A stretch of 34,074 bases of DNA from Candidatus Binatia bacterium. Its GTDB lineage: Bacteria; Desulfobacterota; Binatia; HRBIN30; CADEER01. A program made the position numbers and the translations under genes. The stretch covers positions 1 through 34,074 of the forward strand of contig JBOHWA010000449.1 of NCBI GenBank assembly GCA_050735855.1, written 5' to 3'. The notes below the pieces were generated by a model that made no database searches, had not been told where the DNA came from, and was given only the letters and a program-made list of their open reading frames with translations. This document shows, piece by piece, positions 24,106-33,055 of the stretch (positions within the stretch are counted from its first letter, which is position 1; the number at the start of each line of letters is the position of its first letter).

Positions 24106-24364
24106 CGCGACCTCGGGTCGCCCATGCATCAGTAACCGCCCGACCGCTTCAACCACGACTCTGTAAGATGGATCAAAGTCCAGATATGCGACAACACTCG
24201 CTTGTTTGCAATCAACAATGAAGGTCGCATGTCGCCGTAATCAGGCGAAGTGACTGACCTTTTGCTGCAGAGTGGACCTTGCCGATGCCGGCCGGAGCGG
24301 GCAAAACGCGCTTGCAGCAAACCGACGACGGGCTACCCTGACGGGGCCACGAGGAGGCAGACCG

Positions 24365-24559
24365 ATGCAGGATCTGACGTCATGGCTCGAGGCTGTGCGC
24401 ACCAACCCGATGCTCGCCATCGGCGCCGTCGTCGTCTTGGTGCTCGGGTACTGGTTGCTGCAACGCAAGCCACGCGTGCAGCGCGAGGCCGATCAGCGGC
24501 TCGCAACGCTGCGCCGGGACAAGACCGACCAGTATACCAAACTGCGCCCGCCCAGCTGA
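24365..24559 (+). CDS. Small hypothetical single-pass membrane protein
   Basis: ATG 24365 is preceded by GAGGAGG. The 64-aa product is MQDLTSWLEAVRTNPMLAIGAVVVLVLGYWLLQRKPRVQREADQRL..., with one TM helix and a basic tail. The track ORF start at 24272 is less likely. Confidence 0.45.
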   Translation: MQDLTSWLEAVRTNPMLAIGAVVVLVLGYWLLQRKPRVQREADQRLATLRRDKTDQYTKLRPPS

Positions 24560-24611
24560 GCGCGGACGCTATTGAATACGAAGGCGATTTAGCCTACTCG
24601 TGATCCACTCA

Positions 24612-25523
24612 ATGGATCACGACGCGGCCTTCGCGTTGGTGACGCTCGCTGAACTGCCACGCGTCGGCGAGCGCGTGCTCCAACGCGTCCAGCAGCGCGC
24701 CCGCCGCGCGGGCCTCGCGATCACACGCGTCCTCGCCCTGCCCCGCCCGGTCCTGCTCGACGAATACGGTCTGCCAGCCGCGGCGGTGCACCGGTTGTGC
24801 GACGCCCGGGTCTGGCACCGCGCCCATTGCGACGCCATCCTCGCCTATCTGCGCGCGGTCGGGGCGGGGCTCGCCACCCCGGACGACAGCACCTACCCGG
24901 CCGCCTGGACGATGCGGGCCAACGCGCCGCCGCCGCTGACCTATCTGTACGGCGACCCGTCGCTGGCGGCGCGCCCCACCCTGGCGCTGCTCAACTCGCG
25001 GGTGGTCAGCGAACAGACGGTCACCGCGACCGTGCGCATCGCGCGCCGCGCGGCCGGTGAAGCCTTCGCGCTGGCGGTCGGCGGCATGAAAACCACCCAC
25101 CGCATCGCCGCGGCGACCGCGCGGGCCGCCGGGGCCGGCCGGATCATCGTCCTCGACCGCGGCCTGTTCGTCGCCTTCCACGGCCGTCTCGAGTTCGATC
25201 CGTTCGGCTTCGGACCGGGGCGCACGCGCTTCGATCCGCGCACCACCCTGGTGCTCTCCCCCTTCCGCCCGCACGACCATGCTGTGGCGCGCAACGGTCG
25301 CCGGCGCGACGAGCTGATTGCCGCCCTGGGCGACATCGTCGTCGCCGTCAGCGCCCGCCGCGGCGGCGAGGTCGAACGCATCTGCCTGCGCGCCATCGAC
25401 CATGGCCAGTGCGTGCTCGTCTGGCAGGGCGCCAACGCCGGCCTGCTGGCGGCCGGCGCCCGGCCGCTCGACGACGACGATTTACGCGCTGGGCTGCGCC
25501 GCTACCTGCCGAAGCAGCGCTGA
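24612..25523 (+). CDS. Divergent DprA/Smf-like (SLOG-fold) protein
   Basis: N-terminal helical region (AAFALVTLAELPRVGERVLQRV), YPAAW...PPPLTYLYGDPSL, then a Rossmann-like core: LALLNSRVVS..., AVGGMKTTHRIAAATARAAGAGRIIVLDRGL, LVLSPF...ARNGRRRDELIAALGDIVVAVSARRGGEVERICLRAIDHGQCVLVWQG. The order of elements matches DprA, but conservation is weak. GTG 24600 is an alternative start. Confidence 0.5.
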   Translation: MDHDAAFALVTLAELPRVGERVLQRVQQRARRAGLAITRVLALPRPVLLDEYGLPAAAVHRLCDARVWHRAHCDAILAYLRAVGAGLATPDDSTYPAAWTMRANAPPPLTYLYGDPSLAARPTLALLNSRVVSEQTVTATVRIARRAAGEAFALAVGGMKTTHRIAAATARAAGAGRIIVLDRGLFVAFHGRLEFDPFGFGPGRTRFDPRTTLVLSPFRPHDHAVARNGRRRDELIAALGDIVVAVSARRGGEVERICLRAIDHGQCVLVWQGANAGLLAAGARPLDDDDLRAGLRRYLPKQR

Positions 25524-25539
25524 TCCGCTGCGCGCCGGC

Positions 25540-26769
25540 TCACGCCGGCTGCAGCTCGAAGAGACTGATCTCGCGCGGCGTGAAGAGCCGGATGCGCTGG
25601 CCGGTCACCCCGAGGCCGCAATTGACGTAGAGGTGTACGCCGCGCGCGGCGTAGAGTCCGCGGTCGAATGCGGTGATGAACTCCGCCAGGTTGCGCCGCC
25701 GCCCGCCGAACCAGGGGATGGCGAGCTGGCCGCCGTGGGTGTGCCCGGAGAGGGTCAGCCCGACGCCCGCCGCCGCAGCCTGGTGGAAGACGTCCGGACG
25801 GTGCACCAGCAGCAGGACCGGCGTCGCGCCGGGCGCGGCCTCGAGCAGGTCCGCGAGGCGCGCGTCGGACAGGACGCCGCGGGCCCAGTCGCGCCCCCGG
25901 TCGTCGAGCCCGATGACGTGCAGCATCGCCCCGTCCGCATCGAGCGTCACCGCTTCGTCGCGCAGCACCTGGAACCGCGTCCATTGCTGCAGCTCGTCGA
26001 CCACCCGTTGCGCGCCGGCGTAGTGGTCGTGATTGCCGAGAATCGCGCACACACCGTAGCGCGCCCGCAGCTCGCCGAGCACCGGAAAGAAGCGCGCGTA
26101 GTCCGCTGCGGGCGAGTCGGCGATATCGCCGGTGACGCAGATGAGATCCGCCTCCAGATCGTTGACCTGATCGACGAACCGCTGCAACTGCGGCATGGTC
26201 AGGTTCTGCCCGACGTGGATGTCGCTGATCTGCGCGACGCGCAGCGGACGGCCGAGACCGCGCAACGGCAGGGTGGTGCGGGTGACGCGCAGCTGATGCT
26301 GGCCGACGGCGTAGCCGTAGCCCATGGTCAGCGCGATGGTCAGCATGCCGAGCGAGGCCACCCAGCGGAACGCGCCGTCGATTCCGGCGACCAGGCTGCT
26401 CTGCGCGCCGACGGTCAACGCCTGCGCGCTCAGCGCACCGAGCAGCGTCGACGTCAGGCCCCAGAGCGCCGCCGCGGCGAGCAAAAAGGCGGCGCAGAAG
26501 AGACTGACGAAGGCGCTGGCGGTATAGGCGCGAAACGCCGCGCCGGTCGCCTGACGCGGCCGCAGCGCGGTGATCGAGCGGTTGAAGAAATAGAGCGCCG
26601 CCACAGTCAGGATGTGCCCCCACCATGGCAACGCCAGCCCGAGCCCGACCTGCAGCGCCCAGGCGGCGACCGCCCACTGCGCGGCGCTGGCGACGACCAG
26701 CAGCAGGCTGAAGAAGTAGCGGTAGAAGAGGCGCGCCAAAGCGGCGCGGGTGCGGTCGATCACGGCCAT
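25540..26769 (-). CDS. Membrane-anchored metallophosphoesterase (YkuE/YaeI-like)
   Basis: ATG 26769 lies inside the 520-aa track ORF. Several N-terminal TM helices are followed by calcineurin-like motifs: VAQISDIHVG, VTGDIAD, GNHDH, LLVHRP, LSGHTHGGQ. Confidence 0.85.
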   Translation of the reverse strand: MAVIDRTRAALARLFYRYFFSLLLVVASAAQWAVAAWALQVGLGLALPWWGHILTVAALYFFNRSITALRPRQATGAAFRAYTASAFVSLFCAAFLLAAAALWGLTSTLLGALSAQALTVGAQSSLVAGIDGAFRWVASLGMLTIALTMGYGYAVGQHQLRVTRTTLPLRGLGRPLRVAQISDIHVGQNLTMPQLQRFVDQVNDLEADLICVTGDIADSPAADYARFFPVLGELRARYGVCAILGNHDHYAGAQRVVDELQQWTRFQVLRDEAVTLDADGAMLHVIGLDDRGRDWARGVLSDARLADLLEAAPGATPVLLLVHRPDVFHQAAAAGVGLTLSGHTHGGQLAIPWFGGRRRNLAEFITAFDRGLYAARGVHLYVNCGLGVTGQRIRLFTPREISLFELQPA

Positions 26770-26813
26770 GTCGCGCAAGCGTAACGGCGCGCGCGCGGCC
26801 GGGCAAGGTCCGT

Positions 26814-29105
26814 CTACGACTCGGGCGGATGCAGCGCCATCGCCGGCACCCACTCCGCGTCGCGCCCCGGCGGCTCCCACTGGAACCAGAGGAAGTAGGG
26901 CCCCTGCGGCCCCGGGCGCATGTCTATGCGCAGCGCCCGGCGGCCGGCGCGCAAGGCCACGCGACCATCGTGCCCGCCACCGAACGCCGCCGCGCCGGCA
27001 TGCGCGATCACCGGCTGGCCGTCGATGGTCAGCGAGGTCGAGTCGGGGTGCAGGCGAAACAGATACTCGCCGTCCTCCGGCACGTCGATGAACCCATCCC
27101 ACACCGCGGCGCCGAAGCGCCCGATCGGTTCGGCCTCCAGCCCGGACTCTTCAAATGCGAACGGCAGCACCGCCTCGTGATAGGGCGTGCCGCTGGCGTC
27201 GGGCTCCTTGTAGAAGCGACCGCGCAATCCGAACGGCCAGGGCCGCACGCCGGCGGCCAGTTGGTCGCGCACCGCCACGGCGGCGGCGCGCGGCACGCGG
27301 CAGGCGACGAGATCGACGCGACCGAAGGGATCGCGCACCTCGTCGCACGCCACCGCCGGGGAGAGGGCGCGCAACCCGTCGGCGAGCGACGCGTACGGCC
27401 GCGGCAACAGGTAGAGCAGATCGCGCGACAGCGGTCCCTGCGGCGGGAAGTCGTGCGCCAGGCGCAACATGCGGACGTCGGTCGGCCGGTCGTCGAGATG
27501 GCGCCGCCCGACGAACTGCGTGGTCGGATTCCAGTACGTGCTCGCATCGAGAAAGACGGTCTCCGTCGGCCGATGCGCGGCCAGATAGCGCGCCGGCGCC
27601 GACTCGTACGGAAAGAAGGCATCGTAGTAGCTCGGCAACCGCGGCCGCGCGACGAAATAGGCGCGATACTCCTGCCGTGCCGCGACCAGCGCGGCGGCGC
27701 CGAGCCCGACGGCCAGCACCGCGCGCGCCGGCCGCGCCGGCAGCGTCGCCAGGACGATGCCGGCGATACCGTCGACCGCGATGCCGATCATCAACGCCAG
27801 CGGCACGATCGTGTCGAGCAGGCGCGAGGCATGCGGCGCTTCGAGCGTGATCATCCCGGGCACCAGGGCCACCGCGAACCAGGCCGGCACCAGCGCGTAG
27901 GCCGGCCGCCGCCAGCGGCACAGACAGATCACCAGCCCGAGCGGCGCCAGCATCGACGGCATGAAGGTCAGCAGCGGCGCGAAGGGGAGGTTGTGGCGCG
28001 CGTTGTCGTCGCCGACGAACTGAAACGCCAGCAGCGACCGCGGCACCGATTCGGCGAGCTGCGCCGCCCAATCGTCGCGCACCAGGATCAACGTGCCCTG
28101 GGCACGCTCGCCGAACTGCTCGGGCTGGGTGGCCGCATAGTGCAGCATCGGCGTAGCCACCAATACCGCCAGCACCGCCGCCGCGGCGAGCTGCGGCCAT
28201 CGGGCGCGCAGCAGCGCGCGCCGCGATCGCCATGCCCAGAGCAGGCCGCCCACCCCGGCGAGGACGATGAACAGGCGGAAGGTCTGGTAGGTGTAGACGC
28301 CGGCGCCGGCCAGCAGCCCCGCCGCCGACCACGCCGCCCAGGCCCGCCACCCGCGCCAGCGCAGACCGAGCCACACCGCCAGGCAGAGCAGCGTCTCGAT
28401 CAATGGCGACATGATCGGCATCTCGCCCCAGCGCGAGTAGTTCAGATGATAGTGCGAGACCGCCAGCCAGGCGCTCGCCGCCAGGGCCGCGCGCGCGCCG
28501 AACAGCGCCCAGGCGAGCCCGCCGGCGGCGACCACGCCGAGCAGACCGATGACCGCCGCCAGCGCGCGCAGCGCGTAGGGGCCGTCGTCCGGATCGAAGA
28601 GCGCGAACACCAGCCCGGCGACGTCGACAAAACCGGCGCCGAGTCCGGTGCGCACGTCCTCCGGCGGCAGCGCCACCAGCGGCCACCCGCGCGCGGCAAT
28701 CTCGACTGCCTGCACGCCGTTCAATCCCTCGTCGATCCACAGGCCGGGCGGCAACTCCGCCAACCGATGGAAGCGCAGTCCGGCACCCACCAGGAACAGC
28801 GCCAGCAGCGCGGCAGCCGCGGCGCGCGCCGCGCGGCCCGGCGCCAGGGCCCAGCGGCGTGTCCAGGCACAGAGCAGCGCCATCAGCAGCCCCGCCGCGC
28901 CGTACCAGGCCAGCCCCGCCCCGCGATGGGCGAGGAAGTCCTCGTACTGTCCACCCAGCGCCGCGTGGCCGCGCCCGAACTGCCACTGGCCCAGCGCCGC
29001 ACAGCCCAGCGCCGCGATCAGCAGCGCCAGCCCGACCCGCCGCGCGCGGGCGTCGAGGCGATCGCCGGGGGACGGTGGCGGCGGGGCAGCGGGCGAGCGA
29101 GACAT
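26814..29105 (-). CDS. GT-C fold glycosyltransferase (family 39 / PMT_2-like) fused to a C-terminal PA14-like domain
   Basis: Multi-TM N-terminal part with the first-loop motif RFHRLAELPPGLWIDEGLNG typical of PMT/ArnT-like GT-C enzymes. The C-terminal roughly 150 aa (GLRGRFYKEP...FGAAVWDGFIDVPEDGEYLFRLHPDSTSLTIDGQPVI...ALRAGRRALRIDM...FLWFQWEPPG) follows the PA14 pattern. ATG 29105 is preferred; 29147 is possible. Confidence 0.75.
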   Translation of the reverse strand: MSRSPAAPPPPSPGDRLDARARRVGLALLIAALGCAALGQWQFGRGHAALGGQYEDFLAHRGAGLAWYGAAGLLMALLCAWTRRWALAPGRAARAAAAALLALFLVGAGLRFHRLAELPPGLWIDEGLNGVQAVEIAARGWPLVALPPEDVRTGLGAGFVDVAGLVFALFDPDDGPYALRALAAVIGLLGVVAAGGLAWALFGARAALAASAWLAVSHYHLNYSRWGEMPIMSPLIETLLCLAVWLGLRWRGWRAWAAWSAAGLLAGAGVYTYQTFRLFIVLAGVGGLLWAWRSRRALLRARWPQLAAAAVLAVLVATPMLHYAATQPEQFGERAQGTLILVRDDWAAQLAESVPRSLLAFQFVGDDNARHNLPFAPLLTFMPSMLAPLGLVICLCRWRRPAYALVPAWFAVALVPGMITLEAPHASRLLDTIVPLALMIGIAVDGIAGIVLATLPARPARAVLAVGLGAAALVAARQEYRAYFVARPRLPSYYDAFFPYESAPARYLAAHRPTETVFLDASTYWNPTTQFVGRRHLDDRPTDVRMLRLAHDFPPQGPLSRDLLYLLPRPYASLADGLRALSPAVACDEVRDPFGRVDLVACRVPRAAAVAVRDQLAAGVRPWPFGLRGRFYKEPDASGTPYHEAVLPFAFEESGLEAEPIGRFGAAVWDGFIDVPEDGEYLFRLHPDSTSLTIDGQPVIAHAGAAAFGGGHDGRVALRAGRRALRIDMRPGPQGPYFLWFQWEPPGRDAEWVPAMALHPPES

Positions 29106-29230
29106 CCGATCCGCGCCGCTCTTAGCCGACTGCGCCGCCAGCGACAATGCGCCGCGGCCGCGGCGGCCTGTCGCGCAATTGCCTTCATCCGGGCCAGCGA
29201 GTAAGGGCGGAGGCGGTCCGTGTGACGCGA

Positions 29231-30835
29231 ATGAAGAGCATCGGGCACACGCTCAAGGGGCTTGCCGCGGAGCAGGGCACCAAAGCGGCGCTGATCTCCG
29301 ACAACGTCGCGCTGTCATACGTCGACCTGGCCGCCGATGCGCGGCGCGTGTCCGCCGCGCTGGCCGAGCTCGGCGTGAGCAAGGGCACGCGCGTCGGCAT
29401 CCTGATGCCGAACCGGCCCGACTGGCTGCGCATCGCCTTCGGCGCCTGGCGTCTGGGCGCCGTCGTCGTCCCGCTCAACACGCTCTTTCGCGCCCACGAA
29501 CTGGCCTACGCCCTCGGCCACGCCGACGTCGGCGTGCTGGTGATGGTGTCGCGCTTCCTGCGCCACGACTATCTCGCGATGCTGCTCGACCTCTGTCCCG
29601 CCCTCGCCGACCACGCGCCGCCGCTGCGCGCCGCCGCCCTGCCCTGCTTGCGACACGTGATCTGCTCCGGCGACGACGTCCCCCCGGGCGCGCTCGCCTG
29701 GGAGGACTTCCTCGCCACCGGCGAACGCGGCTCGACGCCGTGGAGCGTCGCGGCGCTCGACGCCGTCGAGTCCACCGACGACGCGGCGATCTTCTTCACC
29801 TCGGGCAGCACCGCCGCCCCCAAGGGCGTCGTGCACACCCACGCCAGCATGCTGCACGCGGCGGACAACGTCGCCGATCGACTCGGCCTGACCGCCGACG
29901 ACTGCACCTACGGCTACCTGCCGCTGTTCTTCAACGGCGGCCTGGTCGGGGTCACCCTGGCCACGCTGTCGCGCGGCGGCACCGTGCTGCTGCAGGAAGT
30001 GTTCGACGCCGACGAGACCTTGCGCCTGCTCGAGCGCCACCGCTGCACCACCATGTTCGCCTGGCCACACCAGGCGGAGGCGCTGATCCGCCACCCGTCG
30101 TTCGACCGCACGCGCCTGCACATCCGCAAGGGCCCCGGCGCCAATACGAAATGGGCGCAGGCCCTGTTGCAGCCCGATCACTGCGCGGTCGGCACGTGGG
30201 GCATGAGCGAGACCGGCCCGATGGCGACCTCGTCGCGCTTCGACGATCCGCCGGCCGACCGCGCCGGGGCGCACGGGCGGCCGATGCCGGGCCTCGAGCT
30301 GCGCATCGTCGACCCCGACTCCCACGCCGCGCTGCCGCGCGAGAGCGACGGCGAGATCATCGTGCGCGGTCCGAGCCTGATGCGCACGTACTACAAGCGC
30401 GCCCCGGCCGAGTGCTTCGACGCCGACGGGTTCTTCCACACCGGCGACTGCGGACGGTTGGACGCGCGCGGTCTGCTGCACTTCGTCGGGCGGATCAAGG
30501 ACGTGATCAAGACCGCCGGCGTCAACGTCGCCGCCGCCGAGATCGAAGCGGCGCTGATGGCCCATACCGCGGTGAAGGTCGCGCACGTGGTGCCGGTACC
30601 GCATCCGACGCGCGGCGAGAACGTCGCCGCGTTCGTCGTCCGCAGTCAGGCGACGGTCACCGCCACCGACCTGCAGGCACACTGCCGCGAGCATCTGGCG
30701 AGCTACAAGGTGCCGCGCCACCTGTTCTTCGTCGCCGAGGACGAGCTGCCGATGCTGGGCAGCGGCAAGGTCGACCGCCAGCGCCTGCGCGCCCTTGCCG
30801 CGCAGCTGGCCGCCGACGCCGCCCCGGCCGAGTAG
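29231..30835 (+). CDS. AMP-dependent acyl-CoA synthetase/ligase
   Basis: ATG 29231 (MKSIGHTLKGLAAEQG...). AMP-binding motif FFTSGSTAAPKGVVHTH, then YGYLPLFF, GMSETGP, FHTGDCGRLDARGLLHFVGRIKDVIKTAGVNV and SGKVDRQRL. Confidence 0.9.
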   Translation: MKSIGHTLKGLAAEQGTKAALISDNVALSYVDLAADARRVSAALAELGVSKGTRVGILMPNRPDWLRIAFGAWRLGAVVVPLNTLFRAHELAYALGHADVGVLVMVSRFLRHDYLAMLLDLCPALADHAPPLRAAALPCLRHVICSGDDVPPGALAWEDFLATGERGSTPWSVAALDAVESTDDAAIFFTSGSTAAPKGVVHTHASMLHAADNVADRLGLTADDCTYGYLPLFFNGGLVGVTLATLSRGGTVLLQEVFDADETLRLLERHRCTTMFAWPHQAEALIRHPSFDRTRLHIRKGPGANTKWAQALLQPDHCAVGTWGMSETGPMATSSRFDDPPADRAGAHGRPMPGLELRIVDPDSHAALPRESDGEIIVRGPSLMRTYYKRAPAECFDADGFFHTGDCGRLDARGLLHFVGRIKDVIKTAGVNVAAAEIEAALMAHTAVKVAHVVPVPHPTRGENVAAFVVRSQATVTATDLQAHCREHLASYKVPRHLFFVAEDELPMLGSGKVDRQRLRALAAQLAADAAPAE

Positions 30836-30848
30836 CCGCGCCAGGATC

Positions 30849-31307
30849 TCAGACGGGCCGCCGCGGCAGCATGACGCGGCGGCGCAGCGACATCACCGGC
30901 TCGTCCTTCTGGTTCCAGGCTTTGGTCTCGACGTAGAGCACACCCCGGTCGTGGCGCGATTTCGACTCGGTCTTCTCGAGGATCTCGGAACCGGCGTACA
31001 GCGTGTCGCCGTGGAAGGTCGGCCCGAGGTGGCGGACGAACTCGTACTCGAGGTTGGCGATGGCGGTCTGGCTGATGTCGCGCACCGACATGCCGACGAC
31101 GATGGCGAACACCAGCGTGCCGTTGACCAGGCAGCGGCCGTGTTGCGACTGGCTGGCGAAGTGGTCGTCGAAGTGGATCGGGTTGGTGTTCATCGTCATC
31201 AGCGTGAACCAGGTGTCGTCGAACTCACGGATCGTCCGCCCCGGCCAGTGCTTGATCACCTCGCCGACGGTGTAGTCGTCGAAGTAGCGTCCCCACGGCT
31301 GCTGCAT
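30849..31307 (-). CDS. MaoC-like (R)-specific enoyl-CoA hydratase / hot-dog fold dehydratase
   Basis: 152 aa: FDDYTVGEV, NTNPIHFDDHFA, CLVNGTLVFAIVVGMSV, FHGDTLYAGSEILE. This is the typical MaoC dehydratase pattern. Confidence 0.85.
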   Translation of the reverse strand: MQQPWGRYFDDYTVGEVIKHWPGRTIREFDDTWFTLMTMNTNPIHFDDHFASQSQHGRCLVNGTLVFAIVVGMSVRDISQTAIANLEYEFVRHLGPTFHGDTLYAGSEILEKTESKSRHDRGVLYVETKAWNQKDEPVMSLRRRVMLPRRPV

Positions 31308-31351
31308 GGTCGTCCTCCGTCGCGTGTCCTACTAGAGCGCCGCGGCGGGGC

Positions 31352-32113
31352 TCAAGGCGTCGGCGCCGCAAAGGCGGCGATGGCGGCGGCCGGGTCGTCG
31401 AGGTCGAGCAGCGCCGCGCCGACCACGGCGGCGTCGATCTGACCGTCGAGTCGGCCCAGGTCGTCGAGCCTGGCCACGTCGCTGAGCAGCAGCACCGTGC
31501 GCTGGCGCGGAATGCGCGCCGCCAGGACGCCGATGCGCTGCAGATCCGCCCACCCGTCCGCCGTCGTCGCCCGCAGGCCGATGCAGGCGGTGGGCACAGC
31601 GAGGGCGTCGGCCAGCTCGGCGGCGTCGCCGACGTCGATGACCGACGCCATGTGCATCGAGGCGGCAACCCCGGCCAGCGCGGCCAGCGCGGCGGCGTCG
31701 AGGACGTCGGCCGGCAGCAGGACCGCGTCGGCGCCGTGCAGGCGCGCCTCATAGATCTGATGGCGATCGACACACAGGTCGTCGCGCAGCAGCGGCGCCG
31801 TCGCCGCCGCCGCGACGGCATCGAGATCCGCGATCGCGCCGCCGTGCAGCGCCGCGGTGCGCACGGCGAGCGCGGCCACGTCGGCGTCGTCGCAGGCGCG
31901 CGCCACCTCGACCAGATCGCGTCCGGGCCAGACGCGCCCGGTCTCCGGATCGCTGCGTTGCAGGCGCGGCACCAACGCGATGCCCTGTTTCTGGGTGGCA
32001 ACGAACTGGGTGAAGTCGCGCCGGCTGGGCACGATCTCGGTCAGCGACAGCCCGGCCAACGCCGCGAGTGCGGCGCGGGACTCGTCGAGCCAGGCGGCGC
32101 GCGGCGCGGTCAC
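31352..32113 (-). CDS. Indole-3-glycerol-phosphate synthase (TrpC)-like TIM-barrel protein, apparently degenerate
   Basis: Collinear with IGPS: RDFTQFV, GIALVPRLQRSDPETG, AALAVRTAALHGGAIADL, PLLRDDLCVDRHQIYEARLHGADAVLL, MASVIDVGDAAEL, IGLRA, LLLSDV, DAAVVGAALL. Positions I expect to be catalytic (LRKDF Lys, LVEVH Glu, NNR Asn) read D, D and L/R/A. The GTG start overlaps the upstream SDR stop (GTGA at 32110-32113). Confidence 0.55.
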   Translation of the reverse strand: MTAPRAAWLDESRAALAALAGLSLTEIVPSRRDFTQFVATQKQGIALVPRLQRSDPETGRVWPGRDLVEVARACDDADVAALAVRTAALHGGAIADLDAVAAAATAPLLRDDLCVDRHQIYEARLHGADAVLLPADVLDAAALAALAGVAASMHMASVIDVGDAAELADALAVPTACIGLRATTADGWADLQRIGVLAARIPRQRTVLLLSDVARLDDLGRLDGQIDAAVVGAALLDLDDPAAAIAAFAAPTP

Positions 32114-33045
32114 TTGTCCGGCTGCGCCGGCGCCGGGTTGAACAGGTCCATGCCCAGCGTCGAGGGAAACAGCGCCGCGATCTCCTCCGGCCGCCAGCGC
32201 GTCGGCTTGGTGATCGTGCGCACCGGCGCCGGATAGTTGACCAGCGAGATGATGCCACCCATGACGACGAAGATCTGGCCGTTGATGCCGGCGGCGGCGT
32301 CGGTGGCGAGGTAGGTCACCATCGGCGCCACGTCCTCGGCGTCGCGCTGCGCGCGCGGCAGCAGCGCGCGCGCCTCGGCGCCCATGCTGGCGACCCCCGC
32401 CCTGGCGCGCGCCTGGCGGGCGGCGTCGCCGACCGTCGCCGTCATGCGCGTCGCTGCGGCGGGCGCGATGGCGTTGACGGTGATGCCGTAGCGCCCCAGG
32501 TCGCGCGAGATGACACGCGTCAGGCCGGCGATGCCGTCCTTGGCCGCCCCGTAGTTCGCCTGCCCGGTGTTGCCGTAGAGCCCCGAGGTCGACGACATGC
32601 TGATGATGCGGCCGCCCTTCTGCTCGCGCATGCGCACGGCGGCGTGGCGGCTGCAGTTGAACGTGCCCTTGAGGTGGACGGCGACGACGTCGTCGAAATC
32701 CTGCTCGGACAGGTTGAAGATCATGCGGTCGCGCAGGATGCCGGCGTTGTTGACCAGGATGTCGAGGCGGCCGAACTGCCGCACCGCCGTGTCGATGATG
32801 CCCTCGGCGGCACGGAAGTCAGAAACGCTGTCGTAGTTCGCCACCGCCTGGCCGCCGGCGGCGACGATGTCGGCGACGGTCTCATCGGCCGCCGACGTGT
32901 CCTGCCCCTTGCCGTCGAGGTGGGCGCCGAGGTCGTTGACCACCACGGCGGCGCCCTCCGACGCCATCAGCATGGCGATGCCGCGCCCGATGCCGCGCCC
33001 CGATCCGGTGACGACCGCTACCCTGCCCTTCAGCCGCTGCGCCAT
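32110..33045 (-). CDS. SDR-family oxidoreductase, MFE-2/3-hydroxyacyl-CoA dehydrogenase-like
   Basis: TGSGRGIGRG (cofactor site), NNAGILRD, SSTSGLYGNTGQANYGAAK (catalytic S...YxxxK) and a C-terminal extension of about 60 aa. Paralogous to 33056-33982. Confidence 0.88.
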   Translation of the reverse strand: MAQRLKGRVAVVTGSGRGIGRGIAMLMASEGAAVVVNDLGAHLDGKGQDTSAADETVADIVAAGGQAVANYDSVSDFRAAEGIIDTAVRQFGRLDILVNNAGILRDRMIFNLSEQDFDDVVAVHLKGTFNCSRHAAVRMREQKGGRIISMSSTSGLYGNTGQANYGAAKDGIAGLTRVISRDLGRYGITVNAIAPAAATRMTATVGDAARQARARAGVASMGAEARALLPRAQRDAEDVAPMVTYLATDAAAGINGQIFVVMGGIISLVNYPAPVRTITKPTRWRPEEIAALFPSTLGMDLFNPAPAQPDK

Positions 33046-33055
33046 CGTCTGCTCC

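Noticed and set aside
21913-24166. 740-aa R/G-rich and 261/333-aa V/G-rich plus-strand ORFs over TP2
   Set aside because: Same reason as for TP1. These are alternate-frame or antisense readings of low-complexity coding DNA, and the TP2 frame is supported by paralogy to TP1 at both ends.
25318-29204. Alternative-frame and antisense ORFs over the phosphoesterase and glycosyltransferase genes (25318-26784 +, 25502-26806 -, 26829-29204 +, 27151-28986 -)
   Set aside because: They are Arg/Ala/Pro/Gly-dominated low-information translations. The chosen frames carry calcineurin-like metal-binding motifs and a coherent multi-TM GT-C plus PA14 architecture.
28648-30936. 762-aa plus-strand ORF overlapping the acyl-CoA synthetase in another frame
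   Set aside because: It has an R/A/P-rich composition. The 29231-30835 frame contains the canonical AMP-binding motifs.
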